Source: Bispira polyomma
Lineage: Eukaryota
DNA length: 64,000 bases
Direction: 5' to 3'
NCBI GenBank assembly: GCA_965649765.1
Contig: OZ287752.1
Span: forward strand, 17,484,001 to 17,548,000
The position numbers were made by a program, and so were the translations under genes. The notes under the pieces are model-generated. The model was not told the DNA's origin and did no database searches. It saw only the letters and a program-made list of their open reading frames with translations. Position 1 is the stretch's first letter. The number at the start of each line of letters is the position of its first letter. This document shows, piece after piece, positions 23,401 through 38,000 of this stretch.

Positions 23401-26049
23401 TTTTAAGGTAATGAACATTTAGCATGTTCACAAAGTGGTCTAACAAAGGTGTTTTCTTACATTTCACTTAATAAGCAAGAAAACTGCAGTATTGTGTTTT
23501 GTTTATTTAATAGTGTTGTTAAATTGGTCTAAAACATTTTGTATTATTATTATGTTAAATTTGCATCAGTTCATTGAAATTTTAATTATTTGTAAAATAT
23601 ATTATGGATTTTTTATATAGAACAATTTCACAAACCACATACAGTTTTGAAAGCTGGTAACCTTAAGTAACAGTAAATAATCAAATATTATTGATTTTAT
23701 TGTGTGAAAAGGCAAACTGCTCACACACCTAAAAATTAAAAAAAAAACTGTTTACAAATTAGTTTATTTTTGGTGGCAAAATTCACTGATCGTAGGCAAA
23801 AATCACTGGCTGAGCAGTAGGATTGTAGTAACTTAAAAATGTAAGTAGTAATCTTATGATTAAGAAAATTTCTATTCCAACTAAAAATATCAATGCTTTG
23901 CATGTTACCGATACACTGACCTTGACTAGTATAAACAGCATAATGTAACAGTGTGGTACAGACAAATTAAATTAAACAACATTGAATGTTATTCGAATTA
24001 TCAACATATTGCTCACTGCCAATGCAGTATATTACCTTCAGTGCTACAGTGCCCATCACGTTACTTTAAATATAAAATGCTTTAGATAAAAACGTGAAAA
24101 AAATTTCTTATCAAGATATATGGATCAGTAAAAACCAAGCTCAAACAATACCTACAGATGAAGAAAATATCTTCTCGGGGGAAAACTATATTATTTGTGC
24201 CCAGGATAAATATCCCAGGCAAAGATCATAAATAACATTACAGCAGCTGTCAAGTACTAAAAACCTGTTATGCTATCAAGAATAAACTTCAAAATATCAA
24301 GGTGAGCTAAAAGATTTAAACCAAAAGGGAAAACTTGTTTTTTAAAATGAAAACTATCCTATATATATTTATGAAAAATTATATTTATGAATGTTACCTT
24401 AATCACTGACTAAAATCAGCAGAAGGTTTACCTGGCTTTAATCCAACTACTTAAGTTTGGTATAGTAACGCTACTTTAGGAAAACATTACCTTCGTGGGA
24501 TAATAATGAAAATACATTTCAAAGGAAACATAATTGGGTTTGTTCAGGAACAAGCTCCTGAAGCCAGAGGTATTGAGAACCTAACTGGTTGGAAATTCAA
24601 TTTTATCAGTACATTTTACCATTACAAAAAAATACAAGTTTTTGTATTAGCAAAACAATAAAAACACAATAAAAGCACTAAGTATGGACATAACAGCGCT
24701 TAGTTATGACTGATATAAGTCACATACTATACTATATTATATACTACTATATACTATATTGAATAGGTTACATAAGAATAAGGTAAGTTAACTACCAATC
24801 CACATGATTATATTGCAATACATTACTGACAATTAGGCCATGTAGGCTAATATCTTCTTTATCAATATGTAAATACGTAATCCCCGGTAACAGCAAATGG
24901 ATTACCACCTGCATAAATGTGATTAAAACAGAAGTATAACAATCATGTCAAAACACAGGCATAATATGTTGTTTTTTCACACTATAATTGTCCTATATAA
25001 TATGAAAGAGCTGTTTTCTGTTGCCGTCAGCAGTAGATAAACAGATTTGTGTAAGCAAAGCTTTTCACACAAAACACATACCATGATAGACTGGGCTCTA
25101 GGCTCACTAGTTATTGTATTAAAATGTATAAATACGAAAAAGCACACTACAACACTAGCTTATGGTAAATATTAAATAGTAATAACCATGAAAAAATCAA
25201 TATGGCTTCTCAAATTTTCCCCAAGCATATGTGACCAAAGGGGGCAAAAACCAATCATGTGAATCATTAATTAAGTGAATTAATTAGGCAACACGAAAAA
25301 CAAGTAGAAAAATTAAAGAATGTGAAAATGGTCTGTCTATCTGACCAAACCTGAATTCCTTATCACTGATGATGAAAAGAAGGCCTACTCACCTTAATCA
25401 ACTATTGCAACCTGTCTTTATGTTGCTAATGTTGACGAGCCACATATTTTGTAAGTAACTAGCAAGCAATATTCTGCTGTAATGTAGTATACATATACTA
25501 GTATGCCTCAGTGACAAAGAATTAGTCACATAGTTTGGTGTAATGATTCCACAATTTCTATCAATCCTGCCATTGGTACTGTTAATTCTAATGCTGCAAC
25601 TACATACGGCCTATATTTGAAATCAGGTGAACTGTCAAGCAGGTGAACTAGAGTAGTAGCTCAACTACACATTTCCATTGGTCTTAAAGGTCACTGATTG
25701 TATTTGAATAGCTTGATAAATAATATATTTTCAGTAACTACAACTGAAGCCCCCAACCCAGTTCTCCGGTATTATTATAACGATTGTGATTAATTCATAT
25801 ACAAATCAACTTTTTATAACTTTTCAGTGGGTTTAGTTATTTTAGGTTATAGAGCTAGATAATAAAGTTCCAGTTTAGGTTAATTTCGTTTTTCATTTTA
25901 AGAAATGTAAGCAAATGGTAATAAATGAAGCGAAATTGGGGAAACGTATCCAAAATATTTATGTATGAGACGTTTATATACACAGTCTACAACTGAGCTC
26001 AAAGTCAGTAAGAATGGATGGCAAGTACCACCTAAGATAGAAGTTTCAC

Positions 26050-27400
26050 CAGCAAGTAGGCGCCTCAAGCAGAAGTGAAGTTTTGGTGAGTGAGATAGTC
26101 AACAATGCCTGTAAGCGACTCGTCAACATAAAGTTGGATCTGGGGTTTGACATGCTTGAATAATTGTAGTAATTAGGAACCCCAGTGTCAACCACTGTTT
26201 TACGCGCTAATGTAACCCAATCATGTAATGATTCTGCCTGTATTTGATTGCTGCTAACAGCTGACAGTTGTCTTTCAATAGGTTGTGAAATGAAGCCTAC
26301 ATTTTATGAATTTTGAAGTATTGACTGGTGAAAATTCATTACTATCAAAGTTTTTCAAATAACCATCCTGCTGTTGCTGTGTAGTTTCAAGTATTTTATT
26401 GTCTGGATTTTGCTGCAAGAGCCCAGAGGTACGAGTACCTCTTCTAGTGTAAGTGACTACCATGGGTGAAGACCCATTAATATTGAAGTGGGTGGGGTGC
26501 CAATCATCCTAGCACGTGTGTACTGAATTAAAATGTTGACGCCGTTCCCCACTAGTGCACATGAGTTTGAATTTGAATTTGGATATTTAATGTCCACTCT
26601 AGTATCTTTCAGTAGGTTATATTGGGATGGGTAGTTGGAAACACTGGAGGAAACACTGCATACAGTTGGTCAAGGTTCTGCAGTGAAACCAGCGGCCCAC
26701 AGTAAGGAACTACCACCTTTCCCACATAGGCATGGACCTGGGCCTGAATAGCATCATTACCACACAGGAACTGTGCATCAGGTAACAGACTTTCATCATC
26801 AGGCACATGTGACTGCAGATTAATATATTTGTCCCTTTTTGCACGACACGCCTGAGCACACTGATGAGATCTTTTTGGTGAACTATGAAAAATCACTCCC
26901 AAGGACTGATCTAGCGATTGATTGTCTATTTTCTGTTCTAGTCTTTTGTTGTTCTGTCCTAGATCCTGAATCTTGGCCAAGATCACTGGCAGAGCTCCAT
27001 CTGATGTGGATTCAACAACGGGTGTAGAAGCCACTCCCCCCACAGCACCACAAAGTTGTTGATCTTGAGGCTGGTCTTCTTCTTCACCATCTGGTTGTGG
27101 AGAAAATGTGTTTAGACGACAATTTCTCCCCACAGGTCTCGCGTGTTTTGCAGGTTTTCCCATATGGTCACACGTCTTGCAGAAGAATGCCATCCTATAA
27201 CACAATTATTCCTTCGCCCCCAGCAGAACCTGGCTTGTAATGCAGTATCAAGTACTTTACTGGAAACAAATTTTTTCACCCATGTGTTTGAATTTAATAC
27301 TTGATTTTCTACTAATATTATCAAGCTTTACTAAGACCTACAAGCCGCGCCCTGCTGATGACAGAATATTAACAGGTCTATCTTCTAGCTGACAAAATTC
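26050..27400 (-). mobile_element. Relic of Ngaro-like DIRS element (gag N-terminus, start of RT), interrupted by a SINE
   Basis: MAFFCKTC..HARPVGRNC resembles KTAFCKRC..HRPVGRDC of element 2; VDTGVPNY near 26170-26200 resembles the RT N-terminus. Confidence 0.7.
26565..26733 (-). mobile_element. tRNA-derived SINE family 1, 5'-truncated copy
   Basis: Matches the body and tail of 46434-46686; tRNA head absent. Confidence 0.9.
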
Positions 27401-27619
27401 CACACTGACCCAAAAGCCAGGAGTTTGCCAGCAGGAAATTTCACAAGGCCACCCCTGACCAATCATAAACTGCCACCTCCAACATTTCACATCACCTCAT
27501 GTCTCTAGACCAATGGTTCAACTAAAAGGCCATCACACCACAATTTTTCACTATTTCAATAGGCCACACGAACCAAATAACCACCACAAGGCCACACACT
27601 TGTAAACCTCTGTTTCTAC

Positions 27620-28077
27620 TGAATAGTGGTCACAACCACAAACATTTTGTACATGCAATCAAGATGTTTTGATATGACGTTTCAACTATGTCTATTATGT
27701 TAGTCAGATTTTTAGATACGCTCCATAAGATTCCTTTTCAAATTTCATAATGTTTCGATCTTGTTACCCACGTCTAAAATAGGTTGCATTCTCTTCATTT
27801 ACATCTTTGACCTTTCTGGTTATTATTTGGATGTATCGTACATCTTATTTCTGTCATATATGCATTAAAGATGTGTCAGACATTTCATACATTTCCCACG
27901 AACACACCTACTGTTTTAGTGGAGATTGTAGAAAACAGCTTCATTTCGTGCACTTCAAAATGATAGATTTTCACGTAGTTTCTCTTTTGTTTTACTTACG
28001 CAAGCATACATCTATATACGTTCAATAAGCAAAATTGGGCCTTATCGAAACGTAAGCCCAGTGTGACCACGGCTTAA
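27620..28077. mobile_element. Probable MITE copy (same end as 39544-40113)
   Basis: cgaaac..aagcccagtgtgaccacggcttaa at 28046-28077 is shared with 40086-40110; the left end is uncertain. Confidence 0.5.
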
Positions 28078-28832
28078 ACCAAGTAGAGTTGAAACACAAA
28101 GAATGACGTTTATATGCCCAGTGGTAACATTGACCACACATGTAGATATCAAATATACTGTCAATATAAACCATGTATGTAACTATATGAAATTTAGGTT
28201 ATGTTTGAATTTGGCCTCGACCTTAATGTGACCTTAGTTTTGACCGTTACAGTAAAACACTGAGGTTGGAGATATTAGTATAATTTTGCTATATTAATAT
28301 ATACTATATGTATATATAGACTAACTAAAATAAATTAAGAGGCACCTTAAGGCTACCTTGTGCTTGTATGTCTTGTAAGGGGGCATTATTGTTAAACGAT
28401 ATGGTGGCAATAATAATCAAAATGTGTTAAAAAACATTTATTCTTACTTTTTGAGAATATGTCAAACAATTTTATTGTAAAAGAGCCAAATACTCAATTT
28501 TTATGTTATCATATTGAATAGTTAAAATCACATCCCCAAGCTGCTTGTATCTTAGTTTTGGTATTGAAACTTCAGAATTAGTTATATTAAATAGAATATT
28601 GTTTTAAAGTACTCTGACTTTTCCAAATCGTATGCTATTGTTGGAAAGCTTAAGTTAGAGAAAGTATTATACTTAAAATGGATAATGGCAATGTAACAGA
28701 CTAATAATACTTATTATTTCAACAATACTTGAGTTTTACACGGTGTATTTATTTTGTTATTACATTTACATAATACCGCCTCTATGTATAACAACAAACT
28801 CTAAAGTGTCAAAGACCCATATAATACCTGAG

Positions 28833-28914
28833 TGTGGTTGAATGAGGAAGTATTATGTAAACAAGTAACCAAGGGATATAAAATGTCTCTTTATTAATAC
28901 AGACATATATAAAA
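28833..28914 (+). promoter_or_regulatory. Candidate promoter of gene B: RUNX, ETS, FOX and TATA-like motifs
   Basis: TGTGGTT 28833, GAGGAAGT 28844, GTAAACA 28857, TATAAAA near 28877 and 28908; alignable with 49250-49370 upstream of gene C. Confidence 0.4.
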
Positions 28915-28968
28915 CAAATGATATTCAGATATCAGAAAATACTGATGGGTTATATTCTGTGAACTAAT

Positions 28969-29020
28969 ATGGAAGGGATACTTATTCTAATAATAATGTG
29001 TGTATTACACCTGTGTGTGT
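28969..29020 (+). CDS. Gene B signal peptide exon [17 protein letters not shown]
   Basis: T|gtgagt; homologous to 49373-49424. Confidence 0.85.
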
Positions 29021-32000
29021 GTGAGTACTAAATATGTTTATACTGTATGTAAATGTTCTAAGATTAAGACTAAATATTGCAGGTTAAATAGTTACTGTCT
29101 AAGTGTATAACGGTATAAATTCCACTTTGTTTTATAATTTATTATTGAAACCCATTTGAATGACAGTACGTTTCATTTGGTATGGGTTGCTTGTTTCAAT
29201 AGTATTGTCAATTTTTGTTTGAAAAACAAAACAACTTAGTAAACAACATCTATCTACCTGTAGTCTGCACTTTTGTTTCAGCCATCACATGTCCGAATTC
29301 AGGCAATGAATACAACAAAGAAGTGTATGTAGAGGCTGGAGGTTCAGCAAGTTTGCAGTGCGGGTCATTGGGTCAGGATACCGCAGTATTTTGGTATTAT
29401 GGGCCAACGTTACAAATCATTGTTATCCACAACCTTGATGGTATTAATGATCCTGTTTACGCAGACAAAGACAACTTCCCCAGGACAAAGTACAGCTATA
29501 GTGAAGTGGATCTATCACTGACTGTGAACAATGTGGGACTAAGTGATCAAGATTGTTTTAGATGTACGACAACTCCATCTGACAGCCAAACTACAAGTCT
29601 TGTCACTGTTATAGGTATGTGTCTATTGATATCTTCAGTAGTTATTTTATGTATTTATTATTTTAATTTCATACAATGATCAAGCTGATGATGTTTTACC
29701 TCTGCAAAGAGGATTTAATTATTTTCCATTTTACATATGTGACGTACATTTGGTGGCCCAAGGGATTAACTGCTTTTAAACACTTCAACAGCCAGTAAAA
29801 TTGTTAAAGTATGAAATTCAGACAAGCATAAAAATGTAATTGACTTTTTAAATGTTTTTAACATGATAGTGTGTGTCCTTGATTCTGATTTCCTATAGTG
29901 AAAATGTAAATATTCATGACTAGCTACTTACTATTTATTACCCACTGAACACCAGACCATAATCCAGAATTTAAAGCTCATACATTTATGTTTAACGGCT
30001 GTCGAGATTTCAATGTTATTTTTATAATGATGCAGGCAAGGCTTATCAAGTAGTGTCTATATCCAACAAATTTATTAAGTATTTAAAGAATGGAGGATTT
30101 ATCTAAAATAAAATTACTGCGAAACACACCAGTACCCGTCTGAAATTATTCAAACATTATTCATTGAATAATAAATGCAACTTATTTTATGACATTCTTT
30201 GTTTTCCATATGTTACTGACTGTGTGATGCTATAAAGCTACACATTCCAACTTATTTAAGTATTTTGTGTTGTATATCTAACATTTAAAAAATATGAGGA
30301 TATTTGAGTATGATCATAGATCAATATATATGATAAAACATACAGTAATATCAATGTAAAATTACCCGACTGAAGCCTGGTTTTGTATGTTATCACAGAA
30401 GTGGTTAAAAAATTAACAAAATTAACTAAAATTAACAAAAAATGATACACCATTTAATAACAAAAGTTTTATTCTTAACTTACATATATTTCAGCAAATT
30501 CCACTTTGATATTGGATTTTGTAAATGTAATACCCAATCAACAATATTTTTTGACCCAAATAAGGATTTTTTTTGACAATTGTGTCATAGGTTGACATAC
30601 GGTTAATTGATGTTGCTGCTATTGTCAAGGATATATTTTATGTTTAGTGAGACCAGAAGCACCAAGCTATACAGTATTTCCCACTTTTCAAGAGAACACA
30701 GATACTTCTGTCCAGTGTAAAGTGTCATCTGTGAAACCAGGGATTGGAAGTCTCCAGTTTACTGTCAGAGTAGATCCAGACTTCAGTGTTGAGAGTTCAG
30801 ACAGTGAGTTGTCAGAGGTAGAGGTAGACTCCAGTACAGGGACTGTATCAGTGAGTTACACAACAGAGATCAGACTACAGAGAAAACACAATGGACAGGA
30901 TACGGTGTGTGAAATAGAGTGGAGAGGAGAAACCTTTATTTCTAATACACAACAGGCTGATGTGGAATGTAGGTGGTAGATACTAGATTACATTATGTAG
31001 CTAGTTCTTTAAAGTAGTAAATATTATTAGGTAATTAGGTTGTAACCTTTACTCAACAATTACAGATTGTACTTTAACATTATGACGTCACTGTTCCACA
31101 ATCATATTTTATATATATTTCAGTCAAAGCCTCACAGCTGACTATGGAAAACTTATAGCACTACAACATTATTACTGTTGTTTCTGAAAAATGTTGCATT
31201 GGTTTATTAAAATTGACAAATCTTTTATTTTAGTCAAAGCCTCCCAGCTAACTATAGATGGTGCCCCAACAGACTTAGTAGAAGAAAACACAGATACAAC
31301 AGTGCTGTGTACAACAGATGGGGGTAATCCTACACCTGTAGCGAGGTGGTACAGAAATAGTCAGACTGTACCTGTAGATACTGACCTAGAGACTGTGACT
31401 GATACACAAACTAGTGGTGGTCTGTACAATGGTAAAGTGAGAGTGAGTACACTGAATATACAGGCTGATAGGACTCTACATGGACATGTATACAGATGTG
31501 AAGTGGAAGACACTAGTTTGGAGGAATCATTTGAACTAGAAGTGCGATGTGAGTTGATGCAATTATATTTAATCAGTTACTGTGCTAACCTATTAGTAGG
31601 AGTTAACTTTAGTTAACTATAATTTTGGCTACTGAGGCATATTTCATAATATTATTGAGGTATATTCATAGATTGCAGTATAAAATGACAGATAAAATAT
31701 TTTGTATTGACTAATAAACAAGGCTTGGAACCTGTTGAGTATAAATTTCTGAAAGCCTACTACCAGAGGGAATTAATATATCCTAATATACTATTATTAC
31801 AAAACAGTATCAAGGGAACTGTTACATGCATAGTTATAATCATATCAACAGAACATTTTGTTTTTATCTACCACTGTGGTTTAATGGGTAACAAACTTAG
31901 ATGGGTCAGCTTCATTCTAAATTGATTTAATGTGGTTTCAAATTTGTGGTTTTGATTACCCACATGCGGTTTAAAGAAGTAGATTAATTTTGTTTAAAGT

Positions 32001-35000
32001 GGTTATTTCAAATAATTAGTATTAATTATTTTGTATTGTAAAGGAATTACCCATTTTAGATGTTAACCCTCCTCTGAGTCTGTCTGGAAATCCCTCTACT
32101 AGTTCACCTGTCAGTGAGGGAGACTCTGTACAGTTTACATGTTCACTGGATGCAAACCCCTCACCAAGTTATTCTATCTGGACAAATGATGATGGTATAC
32201 AACAGAAGTGGGCAGACCTGGGTAAAGCTCAGCACATCATTACACTGACACTAGAAATACAACACAACAAAGTGGGACTGTTCTGTAGAGCTGAGGGAAA
32301 TCTGGATGGGTATCCATTGGTGTCAGACCTGAAAACATATACTGTTCAATGTAAGTAATATTTATATTTATAAAAGATTGGAGTTTTAGTGCTGGGGGGA
32401 ACAATGTATACTACTTGGTCAAAATTCTGCACTATAAACCACCAGGCAGGGGCAATGAAGTACCAACTTTTTGACATAAAGCTGTGGCCGAGATTCGACC
32501 CCACCACTACAGAGGTGGGTGGCTAGTCCTTTAAACACTACAAGATAGAACCCCAGTAGTAATACCTATAGCAATTTGTTTTGGATGTAATGATATTATA
32601 TCTGATATTAAGGTTTCAGTGCAATAAGATACTGTCATTAAATGTAAGTATTATTTTTACTCAATGTGAGATAGAGTGGATTTTATTATTTTTAGCATGT
32701 TGATATATAATCTGAAAATCTATTTGTTGTATCACTGAAGCAGTGGCTTTATATGTACTATGGCTAAGTTTGTCACTTGTTTGTCACAGAAATACGGAAG
32801 AGTATCAGGGCCAATTGAGAATAGCAATTTTACTTAATATTTTCCCAAGAACATGCTACACAAACGGTACACAATTTACATACAGAAAAACACATAAATA
32901 CTGACTTAATGTACATCACCAGAAACAGTAAGAAGTCAGTATGATTTTGTATGATTTATATTTTTAATTAAAACACAAAATCTAAGATAATTTTAGACAA
33001 GCCAATTGGTTACTCTTTTCTAAACAGAAAGCTTGAAATACATCACAAAAATCATATACACATTGGGTTGTGCACATAATGTCTTAATATATATTGGTTC
33101 AATACCCGCATTATGTCAATAGAAATGCCTTTCTCTAAGATTTAGATTAATCTGAGCTAAATTGAGAAAAATGGTCAATTCCAGATGTTAAATATGATGT
33201 TTAGTATAAGAAGGTAATAAAAGATTGGTTTGAAAGTTTATTTGTTACATATTGGTATGTATTTACAATCTGTTATTTTAAAGGTTAAAATATAATGCTT
33301 AAAATTTTTGATATTATGTCTGTTGTGCATTATGTCACAATAGAAATGCCTTTCTCTTGGATTTGCTCATAACATGAAGTTTTGTGTTGATTTGAAATTG
33401 TGTGACGCCACAAAACAATATCATTATACTACCGTGTTAAACACTGTGTTACAAAGTATTAAGGTTTCTAAGTTGTGTTTGCATATAAAACCTGATTGTC
33501 TTCATAATTTTCCGATGTACCTTTGTCAGTGTTAATGCCATGCTATAGTGGTCTGTTCAGGTAAACCAGAACCACTTAATGTACAGACATGTTGTTTTCT
33601 ATGTCTCAAGTTTCAGCTTCTAGTATCACAATGACTCAGTTTCCCTCCAGTCCAGTCTCTGAGTACACAAAAGTGACCTTTATCTGTGTAACTGATGAGG
33701 CTCAACCTACTGCTGATGTGGAGTGGAGTGTAGGAGGGAACAGTGTCAATTCTACTAGTGACACTACAGAGGAAGGGATGTATAATACAGAGAGGAGGAG
33801 AAGTATGTTAGAGCTGACAATGGACAGAACACTGAATGGCAAGGAGGTGGTGTGTTATGTTAGTGGGAAGTCAGCAATGAGAGACCAAGTAACACTGGAT
33901 GTTAGATGTAAGTAATAGATTTAGGTCAAGTATTAGCCGGGATACATACAGTCACATGTGATCTTAGATGTAAGTAATAAATCTTATTGGTGTTTTATGT
34001 CAGTGGAATTATATTATTGAGAGATACTTTGATGATGGATAAAAGATTTAAGTAATAGATTCAGGTGGAGTTTATGTTAGTAAAAGTTAGAAAATACATT
34101 ACTATTGGATGTTATATCCACTATCTTTCTTGTAATTCTTGGTTCTGTCAGACTTCGTTCTTTAATAGATTGAATGTTATCTCATCCACCGTGACCAAAT
34201 CATGAAGGTCAGTGGAGCCAAGTCATGTTCTTTTGATTTCCCATTTGATGTACCACAAGGTCCTTGGGACCCTTCTGTTTTCTTTGTACAAAACTCCACT
34301 TGGAAAAGTATTATCCTGGCACCACAAAATATAAACTATCACTTTTCTGCAGACGGTAAACAAATCGACTGCTCCATCATCCTATAAAAGTATTAACAGG
34401 TCTTGGAACAGCTTTCTAGCTGCCTTACATTGATTAAATCTTGACTTCGTTATTCAAAATTGAACCATGAAAAACGTTTTAAAGTTCTTTCCAACAACTT
34501 TCCTTGGTAACAGCACAAAAACCTGAAAATTACTTTTGACTTTGTTGGCTACTTACAAAAAATGTTTTAAACATCTGTTGATCCTGCTACTGCAACATCC
34601 GTGACTTTAGAAGAATTTATTGGCACCTAACTCTGGAAAATGTTGAGGTTGCAAATGCTCTGTTGTTAAGTAAATTCGATTACTGCAACTCACAACTTTA
34701 TTGAATTGGACAAGGACAAATAAACAACCTGCAAAAAAATTCAAAACCTCTGCATAATTGTGTCACATACAACACCTCTGCTTAAAAAAATGCACTGGCT
34801 GTATTGAGTTCCGTGTTATATACAAGGTAAATGTCCTCATTTATAACACTATCCATATGCAGCAACCTGCCTACATCTCATCTATGTTATCTGGCAATAA
34901 TCTTACAAGAGAAAATCATCTCTCCACCTCCGGTTTCTTACCCATAAAAAACTGGCTGGTTAGAAATTATTCAAAATTGCAGCACCTGCTAATCTTGACA

Positions 35001-38000
35001 CTAAGACAAGGATTATAGGCTTCAGGAAAAAGCTCAAAACACATCTCTGTCAACTTGTTTTTCTGCCTGAACATGCATCTGCTGGTCAGGACTGCATACT
35101 GATTGGGATGTGCACTACAGAGGATGCCTCATCATCGATTTTGGCACTATATAAGTAAAATAGAATTAGTACAGACTCAACAATTAATAGCATTTTACTT
35201 TTAGACTAGACTGACAGAACGGGGTCTGACAGAACAGAGAATTATGAGAAAAGAGTGGATATAACATCCAATTATTACTAAATTTGTTAAATATAGTCCA
35301 CATTCTTTTAATTTTTTAAGATTTGAGGTCTTAAAATAAATTGTCAGCATATATGATACCAACGGCTTATAATTTAATTGGCATATTGTATTGTATTGTA
35401 TTATGCATTTTTAATGAGCCTTATTGATGCTAGGCATCTTCTTAGGCGCAACATCAGAATTAATCACCCAATAGAAAAATGAAAAACATAGCCAGGTCGT
35501 AAGGATGGATGCGTCAGCACCCAGGAAAAGGACTACGGCGGATAGGCGAGTCTGAAGAGATAGGTTTTAAGCTTTTTGGTAAAACCCAAAAGTGTTTTAA
35601 GCAGTCTAAGTTCAGCTGGAAGAATGTTCCATAAAGTAGGTGCGGCCACCGAGAAGGCTCTTGATCCTACCCTCTTGGTGGTTTTTTTTTAGGAAACAGT
35701 CTTTTTTCCCTTTCAAGGCTGCTGAGGGAGAGTTTAGTAGCGAGGTAGTGAGGCTGTTGAGAGACAACAGCATTAAAAATGGTTAGGTACATTTTAAACA
35801 GGATTCGATAGTGAATAAAGAAGCCAGTGAAGTTTCTTAAGGTATGGAGTGACATCAGTATGGATGCTGTTAATGTGAGGAAAAAATGAAAAAACAGGGT
35901 CGATAGTGACACCTAGGTTTTTGACCTGGTCTAAAGGTTGAATCTCATTACCCAGCAGTGTGATCGGGAAAAGTGATCTGAAGTATTCACTGTGTTTCTT
36001 ATTTCCAATTAGGATGAATTCAGTTTTGTCAGGGTTTAGTTTTAGTTTGGAGTAGTTCATCCACGTCTGGAATGAGGAGAGACAGTCGGCAAGTAAATCC
36101 AGGTTGTATCCGGCATTATGTGTGTTAAGAGAAAGATAGATTTGAGTGTCATCAGCATACATGTGATGTTTAACATTGTTATTATTGATGACTGCACTGA
36201 GAGGATGGGTGTAGAGGGTAAACAGTAAAGGGCCGAGAACCAACCCCAAATGGTAGGTTAAAAGAGGATTAAATGTGGTCGCCCAATTTGAGTTTTTTTG
36301 GTTCTAAGAGCAAGGTACGATTTGATCCAATCACGGACAGTACCATTAAGACCAAACCACTATCTGATGTATGACCTTAGATGTAATTTAAGTAGTTGCA
36401 ATGAAGGTCTATTTTGAGTTATAGTTTGAAAAATAGAGTCAATGAATTGACTGATCTGGTCAGATTTAATATTTGTGTCATCTTTCAAAATACATAATTT
36501 CTTATTTTATTCATCGTTATTACTTCTGTAAGACTATTTAGTGTAAAGTTTATGACATATATTGTTGCTTACTTCATGCTGATATCTGAAGAAGCTAATT
36601 TTTTCTCATTTATAATTGTGTTTGTTTCATATTGTAGTTCCACACAATGTTGCAGTTGTTCAGAATCCTTCAGATTCTGTGTCAGAAGGTGTCAGGCTGA
36701 CATTGTCCTGTGAAGCTACAGGAGGGAACCCATCTGAAGTGTTGTCTTATAGCTGGAGTTTTGTACCTCGGTATGAAGAGAGCAGTAATCCGAGTAGTGA
36801 CACAGACAGAGAGTTACAGTTTGACAGTGTAGAGTACCGACAGGCTGGAGTGTACAGTTGTGAGGCTAGAAATGACGGAGGTGTGAACAGTGATCGCAGA
36901 ACAGTACTTGTACAGTGTGAGTATTGTAGTGTTGTATTGCATTTGGGATTAACATTGCATTGACATGTTTAATGTCAAATCTGGATGGACAGTTAGCTGG
37001 TAAATGAAATTACAGCAGGTAAGCGAGTGTGCCATCACTACTACAATCTAGTCTGGTTAGGTGTGAGAAGATGCATTGCGAAAATGGGAGTTTCAAAAGC
37101 CCAATAAATTGTAAAGTTGTATTTTAATGATAGATATAATAGAAATACAGAGTTTTTCCATGAATATAAATATCTCAATTTAGGCTTCCCTCGGTATTTC
37201 AGTCCTTGCTCACTCCCGATACAACGCTATACAAGGCATAGTAGGCCTCAAAATGCTTTCCTAAGTATCCCTACCTTTGAACGATCAGTTTACAAGTCAA
37301 AAAGACATTTTAACAAATATTTCTCGCATGATGCTCTTAAATGGTGGAATGATCTGCCTCATGGTATTTGCACTGCTTCCTCACAGCCTGTTTTAAAAAA
37401 GCTGAAAACCTACCTATTTAGCAAGGCTTTTCCACCTTAGCCTCCTTATCTTTTTTCGCTTCTCCATAGTCACAAACCCTGTACGTCCAATGGCTTTATG
37501 AAATTGTCAAAATTATTTTCTGTCACCTTAGAATCTGCTGGCACAGAGATAAGCGCTATAAAAGTTAGATTAGATAAGGTGAATGTTTCTGTTTACTCAT
37601 TATGTATTATTTAAACCTATTTTAGGTTTATCAATACAATACTTTTTACTACTTCCAGTAGGTATTGTAAATGTTTAAAATTGAACAAAATATAATTAGT
37701 GTATTATAAGCCGTGCATAGAGTAATATTAAGTTACACATATAGAAACAGCATTGCAATGTTCATTAAGCAGAACGTTTTTGTAATGACCTATTTAATAC
37801 TACATACATGTATTGCTATTTCATTCATTGTATGCATACATTAAATATATATAACAAGATTAGTTAATCAATAAATTGTAAAAAATAAGTTGATATAGTC
37901 ACCGGTAAAAAGTTGTATAGTGTTAACATTTTAGCAAGTACATCTACACTCTTTACCTTTTTAACAATATTTTTAAAGTGTCATCGCAGCCAAAATTAAA

